Assembly (NCBI GenBank): GCA_002400905.2
Contig: NVRQ02000100.1
Coordinates: 1-51,572, forward strand
DNA from: Gammaproteobacteria bacterium
GTDB taxonomy: Bacteria; Pseudomonadota; Gammaproteobacteria; GCA-2400775
Reading direction: 5' to 3'
DNA length: 51,572 nucleotides
Below the pieces are notes generated by a model, which saw only the letters and a program-made list of their open reading frames with translations, did no database searches and had not been told where the DNA came from. Both the position numbers and the translations under genes were made by a program. Below, one piece after another: positions 45,606-51,572 of this stretch. The number at the start of each line of letters is the position of its first letter. The first letter of the stretch is position 1.

Positions 45606-46172
45606 TTAAGCGCCTACCGTCGGCGCGTCTTTAATACTGCCATCGATGATAGCATCGGCAACCGTAGACAAGTCTGCATAAGCAGGAATGCCTAGCAGTT
45701 GTTCTGGGCTTTCCATCGTTTGCTCGCCACGGCCAGTTAATACCAACACGGGGCTTGCACCCGCTGCTGCAGAGGCTTGCAAATCACGCAGCGAATCACC
45801 AATTGCGTAGACGCCTTTAAGATTAAGATGCAGCCGCTCTGAGATATCATTAAATAAACCTGGCTTTGGTTTTCGGCAATCACATTGATCGGCAGGTTCG
45901 TGAGGGCAAAAAAAGATGGCTTCGATACTGCCACCCGCATCGCTGACATGGCGATGCATTTTTTCATGGATACGGCCAAGCATGCTGATATCAAATAAAC
46001 CGCGTGCGATGCCTGATTGGTTGGTTGCAACCACGACGCGATAGCCAGCACGGTTGAGACGCGCAATAGCGGCGATACTCTTGGCTATCGGCTGCCACTC
46101 TACTGGTGATTTGATGAAACGATCTGACTCGTGGTTTATCACCCCATCACGATCGAGAATTACGAGTTTCAT
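45606..46172 (-). CDS. gmhB: D-glycero-beta-D-manno-heptose-1,7-bisphosphate 7-phosphatase
   Basis: 188 aa with HAD motif I LDRDGVIN, ATNQSGIARG, the Zn-finger-like C.HEP...C.CRKPKPG, and GDSLRD. Confidence 0.85.
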   Translation of the reverse strand: MKLVILDRDGVINHESDRFIKSPVEWQPIAKSIAAIARLNRAGYRVVVATNQSGIARGLFDISMLGRIHEKMHRHVSDAGGSIEAIFFCPHEPADQCDCRKPKPGLFNDISERLHLNLKGVYAIGDSLRDLQASAAAGASPVLVLTGRGEQTMESPEQLLGIPAYADLSTVADAIIDGSIKDAPTVGA

Positions 46173-46199
46173 AACCCCTCCATTTCCCCTCTACTCTGC

Positions 46200-48290
46200 T
46201 TATAACTGCAAGCAGGAGATGTCTGCAACCTGCAAAAATAGATTTCTCATTTGATGCAATAAGGCGATACGATTATTTTTCACTTTCTCATCATCACACA
46301 TCACCATCACTTGATCAAAAAATACATCAACACTGTCTTTTAAGGTCGACAATTCTGACAATACTTTTTCGTAATTGCCTGCCTCTATCAACGGTGACAC
46401 AATCGATGTCAACGATAGCACTTGGCTGTGCAATGTTTTTTCAGCATCATCTTCGAGCAAGCGTGTTTCGACAGCCTGGTCTGTCTTGCTATCCGCTGCA
46501 CTTTTCTTAAGAATATTAGCAATACGTTTATTGGCCGCGGCCAAGGCGGCAGCTTCGGGCATAGAGCGAAATACGGCGATCGCTTTAATGCGACGATCAA
46601 TATCATAAGGTCTTAAGCTGCTCGCACTGTCTACGGCTTCGTAGGTATCATGGGCGACGCCTTGATCCAGATAATAACCCCGTAAACGACCGCGAATAAA
46701 ACCATCAATCTCTGCTAGCACTTTGTCGGCGTCAAAGGTATTCGACAATTGATTCAAGGCCGCAGCAAACAATGATGACAAATCGAGATCCAGTGACTTT
46801 TCAATAGTAATACGAATGACGCCTAGCGCGGCACGGCGTAAGGCAAAGGGGTCACGCTCACCTGTTGGTGCTTGCCCAATAGAAAACAAGGCAGCAATTG
46901 AATCGATGCGATCTGCCAAGGCGAGGCTTTGTGATATCTCACTTGTTGGCAACAAGTCGCCGGCAAAGCGCGGGTAATAATATTCTTTCAATGCTAAGGC
47001 AATAGTGTGCGGTAAGTTATTGGGCGAACGTTGCGCATACTGATACCCCATCTCACCTTGTAGCTCAGGGAACTCGAACACCATATGACTTTGCAAATCG
47101 GCCTTACATAAATTTGCTGCCTGCTCTAACTCTGCACAGGTATCGCTAGGCAGCTTCTGCGCCGCAGCAATGTTTTGCGCCAAGCTACGCACGTTCTGCA
47201 TTTTGTCGTAAACAGAACCCAGCTTATTTTGAAATACGACGTTTTTCAAACCCTCGACAAGACTTGATAACGGCGCTTCTAAATCTTTCTTAAAGAAAAA
47301 AGCTGCATCATCCAATCGTGCTTTGACCACACGTTCGTTACCTGAGGCGACTATGCTTGGGTTACTGCTATCGATGTTACTTACGCTAATAAAATACGGT
47401 AGCAGTTTGTCACCCTTCTTTACGTGAAAACATTTTTGATGACCTTTGAGCGCAGACACAATAACCGGCTCTGGCAACTCAAGAAAGGCTTCATCAAATT
47501 TACCAAGTATTGGCGACGGCCATTCAACGATACTGGTGACGAACTCTAGTAAGTCATCATCAATAACTGCTTCACCACCTGCTTCGCTCGCCGCAGCATT
47601 AATGGCAGCAATAACGCGTCGGCTGCGAACATCAATGTCGGCAAGCACGTTAGCATTTTCTAATGCTGTCAAATAATCAGCAGGCTGTTTAATTTCAACC
47701 GCTGCGGGATGATGAAAGCGATGACCAATACTTTGATTGCCCGCGCTTTGACCAAATTGTGTGTAAGGCAATACTTTGTCGCCATACAACAACACTAGCC
47801 AGTGCACGGGGCGAACAAAAGTTTCATCCAAATCACCCCAGCGCATACGCTTGGGCACAGGCAGCTTTGATAAGGCCTGACTAATAATATCAGGCAATAA
47901 GTCAGCTAATGGCTTTCCTTGAACCACGCTGCGATAAACAAACCACGCACCTTTGTCGGTCTCAAGCTTTTCTAAATCATTAACGTCGGCGCCACATGAT
48001 CGCGCGAAACCTTGCAGGGCTTTGCTTGGATTACCTGCCTCATCAAAGGCCGCTACGATAGCCGGGCCGCGGCGCTCGCTATCCACATCGGGTTGTTCTG
48101 CCGCAAGCCCTTTAACGATGAAGGCCAAACGGCGTGGCGATGCATAGTGCTGCATGCTAACGAACTCTAATTTCGCTTGCTTAAGCCCCGCCTCAACACC
48201 CCTCGCTAACGCTTTGGCTAAACGTGACAACGCCATGGGCGGTAACTCTTCGGTACCAATTTCAAACAAGAGGTCGTCGTGCGCACTCAC
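46200..48290 (-). CDS. glyS: Glycine--tRNA ligase beta subunit
   Basis: 696 aa beginning [12 protein letters not shown] and colinear with GlyS throughout. It overlaps the glyQ stop by 4 bp. Confidence 0.95.
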   Translation of the reverse strand: MSAHDDLLFEIGTEELPPMALSRLAKALARGVEAGLKQAKLEFVSMQHYASPRRLAFIVKGLAAEQPDVDSERRGPAIVAAFDEAGNPSKALQGFARSCGADVNDLEKLETDKGAWFVYRSVVQGKPLADLLPDIISQALSKLPVPKRMRWGDLDETFVRPVHWLVLLYGDKVLPYTQFGQSAGNQSIGHRFHHPAAVEIKQPADYLTALENANVLADIDVRSRRVIAAINAAASEAGGEAVIDDDLLEFVTSIVEWPSPILGKFDEAFLELPEPVIVSALKGHQKCFHVKKGDKLLPYFISVSNIDSSNPSIVASGNERVVKARLDDAAFFFKKDLEAPLSSLVEGLKNVVFQNKLGSVYDKMQNVRSLAQNIAAAQKLPSDTCAELEQAANLCKADLQSHMVFEFPELQGEMGYQYAQRSPNNLPHTIALALKEYYYPRFAGDLLPTSEISQSLALADRIDSIAALFSIGQAPTGERDPFALRRAALGVIRITIEKSLDLDLSSLFAAALNQLSNTFDADKVLAEIDGFIRGRLRGYYLDQGVAHDTYEAVDSASSLRPYDIDRRIKAIAVFRSMPEAAALAAANKRIANILKKSAADSKTDQAVETRLLEDDAEKTLHSQVLSLTSIVSPLIEAGNYEKVLSELSTLKDSVDVFFDQVMVMCDDEKVKNNRIALLHQMRNLFLQVADISCLQL

Positions 48291-49228
48291 TTCGACTCTC
48301 CCTTGTCGCCATTTAGCATGGGAAAACCAAGCGCTTCGCGCTTTTCGTAATACGCCGTTGCCACCGCACGCGAGAGATTACGTACGCGACCGATAAAACG
48401 GGCACGCTCGGTTACGCTGATCGCGCCGCGCGCATCAAGCAGGTTAAAACAATGCGATGCTTTTAAGACCATTTCATACGCGGGTAAGGATAAACCTGTT
48501 TTAACTAAAGACTGACTATCGTCTTCGTGCTGATCAAAGTGTTTGAATAAGGCGTCGACATCGGCATGCTCAAAGTTATAGGTCGACATTTCCACTTCGT
48601 TTTGGTGAAAGACATCGCCATAGCTAACGCGCCCGGCCGGACCCTCTTCACACCAGGTTAAATCGTAAACGCTGTCAACGCCTTGCAGATACATGGCGAT
48701 GCGTTCAAGACCGTAGGTAATTTCACCGGTAACAGGCTTACAATCGAGGCCACCGACCTGCTGGAAGTAGGTGAATTGACTGACTTCCATTCCATCGAGC
48801 CAAACTTCCCAACCTAAACCCCAGGCACCTAAAGTGGGCGACTCCCAATCGTCTTCGACAAAACGAATGTCGTGTTCGAGCGGGTCAACGCCTAAGACTT
48901 TTAGCGATTCGAGATAAAGCTGTTGTATATCTAAGGGTGAAGGTTTGATCACCACCTGAAACTGATAATAGTGTTGCAGGCGATTAGGGTTTTCACCATA
49001 GCGGCCATCCGTTGGGCGGCGACACGATTGCACATACGCAGCAGCCCACGGCTCGGGGCCAATCGAACGCAAAAAGGTTGCGGGATGAAAGGTACCAGCA
49101 CCCATTTCCATATCGTAGGGCTGCATCAGAACGCAGCCTTTTGCGGCCCAGTATTGCTGTAGGGTGAGAATCATGCCTTGAAAGGAGGCAGATGGCGAAG
49201 AATCTAATGGTTGCTTGGACGCTGTCAT
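48287..49228 (-). CDS. glyQ: Glycine--tRNA ligase alpha subunit
   Basis: 313 aa with [15 protein letters not shown]...QPYD.E.GAGTFHP and the [22 protein letters not shown] motifs. Confidence 0.95.
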   Translation of the reverse strand: MTASKQPLDSSPSASFQGMILTLQQYWAAKGCVLMQPYDMEMGAGTFHPATFLRSIGPEPWAAAYVQSCRRPTDGRYGENPNRLQHYYQFQVVIKPSPLDIQQLYLESLKVLGVDPLEHDIRFVEDDWESPTLGAWGLGWEVWLDGMEVSQFTYFQQVGGLDCKPVTGEITYGLERIAMYLQGVDSVYDLTWCEEGPAGRVSYGDVFHQNEVEMSTYNFEHADVDALFKHFDQHEDDSQSLVKTGLSLPAYEMVLKASHCFNLLDARGAISVTERARFIGRVRNLSRAVATAYYEKREALGFPMLNGDKGESK

Positions 49229-49384
49229 GGCACTCAGTGGGCTTAATTTAGCGCGCTATTATAGCGGGTCGTTCGCCTCTCATGTCGACCCTATCATGGT
49301 TTTTGCCTAAAACCCACAGCTCGCCATTGAATCAAAATCAAGATATTACTCGAAACTGCCGTTAGACTAAGTAGAGGTGTCGTT

Positions 49385-49972
49385 ATGAAAGAATCGTTTC
49401 AAACACTTAGCAGTGACGCACAATGGCATAGCCTGGTTCACGAGGCTCAAGCTAAAGCCCATCTGCACCTTAGCGAAATACTAGAGCACTATCTGGTTAT
49501 GCTGCTATCACGCTTTACCTCTCGCACCGCCTCATTATGCGAGGCGGTGGCACCTCATTATCTCGAAGCCATGCGCAACGACAGTCAACAACGGCCAAAA
49601 AGCCTGCGCGATGTCGGTGATACCTGCTTATTATTGTCTGGCTTGTTTCCTGGTCGCTCGAATAAACTGGCAGTAAGCGCTGATTATTATATCGGTCTTG
49701 GCCAATCTGCTTACGGTGAGGCAGCAACACATCTTGATACCGATGATCATCCTTTGTTCTTAACTCTGGCCCAGCGTTTTGTCAGCGCCATGGATGTATT
49801 GATGGCCATTCGCTTAATGGGCAAGAACAGCTCACTGCTGCCCGATACGCTCAGCGCTTACGAACTCAGCCAGCAATACGGGAGCCAGACTGCAAAACAG
49901 GTCGTCAGCACGCATTGCGACAGCCCAGACAGTGTCATTCTCAGCCCCAGCGGCACACAACACCTACACTAA
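49385..49972 (+). CDS. Hypothetical protein
   Basis: 195-aa ORF with AGAGG upstream, divergent from glyQ. No family was recognised. Confidence 0.5.
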   Translation: MKESFQTLSSDAQWHSLVHEAQAKAHLHLSEILEHYLVMLLSRFTSRTASLCEAVAPHYLEAMRNDSQQRPKSLRDVGDTCLLLSGLFPGRSNKLAVSADYYIGLGQSAYGEAATHLDTDDHPLFLTLAQRFVSAMDVLMAIRLMGKNSSLLPDTLSAYELSQQYGSQTAKQVVSTHCDSPDSVILSPSGTQHLH

Positions 49973-50163
49973 TACGCGCGAAACTATCGAGCCTGTTAAT
50001 TTTACAGCTCCTTTTGAGTGCAAACACTAGAGCCTTGCGTATAAAATCGCTATGATGCCGACAGCAATCATTTAGCTGTCTTGGTCTGGCGAGCAACGTT
50101 AACGCGAACCTGCTCATGACAACGTGACTTATAGCGCATCATTTTAGTGCATTTAATTTTAGG

Positions 50164-50180
50164 CGCACTATAGCGGTGCG
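50164..50180. promoter_or_regulatory. Candidate NtrC (NRI) binding site upstream of glnA
   Basis: cGCACtatagcgGTGCg is a 17-bp dyad resembling TGCACC-N5-GGTGCA. It lies about 70 bp upstream of the sigma54 element. A weaker GCACC...TGCA element is at about 50197-50217. Confidence 0.45.
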
Positions 50181-50245
50181 ATCAATGGGCGGGCCAAGCA
50201 CCATAAAAAACCTGCATGCTATTGAATTTTATAGTTTTATTCTCA

Positions 50246-50261
50246 TGGCATGTTAAATGCT
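50246..50261 (+). promoter_or_regulatory. sigma54 (-24/-12) promoter, glnAp2-type
   Basis: TGGCATgttaaATGCT compared with the consensus TGGCAC-N5-TTGCW. GG and GC are correctly spaced, and the element is about 90 bp upstream of the glnA ATG. Confidence 0.6.
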
Positions 50262-50348
50262 GCGACGAATTTACTGTGCTTATTAGGCAATATTGGCTGC
50301 GCGAGCAGACAAGGTTAATCATTCATAAATGTCCACTCTGGAGGAGAC

Positions 50349-51572
50349 ATGTCCGCAACTAAAGTGCAAAAACTGATTAAAGACAGCAACGCCCTATTCG
50401 TCGACCTACGTTTCACTGACACTATTGGTAAAGAGCAGCACGTTACTGTGCCTACGCACACCATCGATGCTACTTTTTTTAAAGAGGGCAAAATGTTTGA
50501 TGGCTCGTCAATCGCCGGCTGGAAAGGCATTCACGATTCCGACATGATTCTGATGCCAGACACCAACACTGCCGTGGTTGATCCATTTATGGATGAAATC
50601 ACTGTGAATTTACGTTGTGACATCGTCGAGCCTGCCACTATGCAAGGTTATGAGCGTGACCCACGTTCTATCGCTCGTCGGGCAGAAGCGTATTTAACAT
50701 CAACCAAGATTGGTGATGTTGCTTACTTTGGTCCTGAAAACGAGTTCTTTGTCTTTGACGACGTTCGTTGGGGCTCTGACATGAGCGGCTCTTTCTATAA
50801 GGTAGGTTCTGAAGAAGCCTCCTGGTCATCTGAAAAGGTTTTTGAAGACGGCAATATGGGTCACCGCCCTGGCGTTAAAGGCGGCTACTTCCCAGTGCCT
50901 CCAGTCGATTCATTGCAAGACCTACGCTCTTCTATGTGCTTATGCTTAGAAGAAATGGGCGTTAAAACTGAGGTTCACCATCACGAAGTAGCCACAGCCG
51001 GTCAATGCGAAATCGGTGCCGTGTTTAATACCCTGGTACAAAAGGCTGACGAAGTTCAGATTCTTAAATACGTTATTCATAACGTTGCTCACAGCTACGG
51101 TAAATCAGTCACCTTTATGCCTAAACCTTTAGTTGGTGATAACGGTAGTGGCATGCACGTTCACCAATCTATTGGTAAAGCAGGCAAAAATATCTTTAGT
51201 GGTAATAAATACGGCGGCTTGTCTGACAATGCTCTTTACTACATTGGTGGCTTGATCAAACATGCGCGTGCAATTAACGCCTTTGCTAACGCTTCGACCA
51301 ATAGCTACAAACGTTTGGTTCCTGGTTTTGAAGCGCCGGTGTTGTTGGCGTATTCAGCTAAAAACCGCTCTGCTTCAATTCGTATCCCTTATGTTGCGAA
51401 CCCGAAAGCACGCCGTATCGAGCTACGTTTCCCTGACAATACGGCTAACCCCTATCTCGCTTTCTCAGCAATGTTAATGGCCGGTATTGACGGTATCAAA
51501 AACAAGATTCATCCAGGTGAAGCCGCTTCTAAAGATCTTTATGACCTGCCACCTGAAGAAGAAGCCGAAATC
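50349..51572 (+). CDS. glnA: Glutamine synthetase type I; 3' end cut by window edge
   Basis: Own translation from ATG 50349 (GGAGGAG upstream): [35 protein letters not shown]...[20 protein letters not shown]...[13 protein letters not shown]...GSGMHVHQS... 408 codons are open to the window end, so it is not in the ORF track. Confidence 0.95.
   Translation, partial: MSATKVQKLIKDSNALFVDLRFTDTIGKEQHVTVPTHTIDATFFKEGKMFDGSSIAGWKGIHDSDMILMPDTNTAVVDPFMDEITVNLRCDIVEPATMQGYERDPRSIARRAEAYLTSTKIGDVAYFGPENEFFVFDDVRWGSDMSGSFYKVGSEEASWSSEKVFEDGNMGHRPGVKGGYFPVPPVDSLQDLRSSMCLCLEEMGVKTEVHHHEVATAGQCEIGAVFNTLVQKADEVQILKYVIHNVAHSYGKSVTFMPKPLVGDNGSGMHVHQSIGKAGKNIFSGNKYGGLSDNALYYIGGLIKHARAINAFANASTNSYKRLVPGFEAPVLLAYSAKNRSASIRIPYVANPKARRIELRFPDNTANPYLAFSAMLMAGIDGIKNKIHPGEAASKDLYDLPPEEEAEI

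Noticed and set aside
50197-50217. Second NtrC site (aGCACCataaaaaaccTGCAtg)
   Set aside because: The half-site spacing does not fit the 17-bp dyad, so it is mentioned only as weak support under the main NtrC-site feature.
1-51572. Search by eye for tRNA/rRNA/tmRNA genes, CRISPR arrays, integrase or transposase genes and prophage structural genes
   Set aside because: None was recognised. No T-loop GGTTCGAATCC-type motifs, no regularly spaced repeats, and no recombinase-like ORFs were found among the translated track.

Overview
This is a 51.6-kb chromosomal window that looks like a mid-GC, marine-type gammaproteobacterium; that assignment is inferred from gene content and synteny only. No rRNA, tRNA, CRISPR array, transposase or integrase was recognised.

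Backbone genes:
- lptD-surA-pdxA-rsmA on the + strand.
- glyQ-glyS-gmhB-plsC-slyD on the - strand, the same order I recall for Pseudomonas PA0009-PA0005.
- A 5'-partial glnA with a sigma54/NtrC-type promoter.
- bioA co-oriented with an EamA transporter.
- Two RND permease plus adaptor pairs, neither with an outer-membrane factor gene.
- A TetR gene next to a GST-cupin-GST detox block.
- A membrane LuxR, cytochrome b561 and DUF302 cluster.
- A SulP transporter, several methyltransferases and hydrolases, and amgK.

Accessory or unusual parts:
1. Left end: a partial HMA metal-binding gene, a 194-bp MITE-like element, a GNAT/DUF1778 type II toxin-antitoxin pair, and a ~0.8-kb gene-less structured stretch (within the 911-bp gap 1391-2301). 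Next to these is a MoxR/DUF58/transglutaminase operon bracketed by 32-bp inverted repeats and abutting a decayed SDR pseudogene.
2. 38.6-44.4 kb (most interesting): an AT-rich accessory patch downstream of slyD. A 49-bp imperfect direct repeat (46/49) duplicates the last 8 codons plus 25 bp of 3' flank of slyD. It brackets a ~4.6-kb integrase-less islet that carries:
   - a small soluble protein plus an HTTM-like membrane protein;
   - a single-chain HTH-HipA (YjjJ/HipH-like) kinase with repeated operator-like motifs;
   - a DUF442-type phosphatase-like lipoprotein;
   - a Cys-rich secreted LprI-like protein.
3. Just outside the distal repeat: an uncharacterised two-gene cassette, a 187-aa protein with a His...NSNSW motif plus a 103-aa three-TM protein. 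It is my best candidate for an undescribed toxin/immunity-like module.

All functional calls rest on my reading of the translated ORFs and remembered family motifs. No database search was run.
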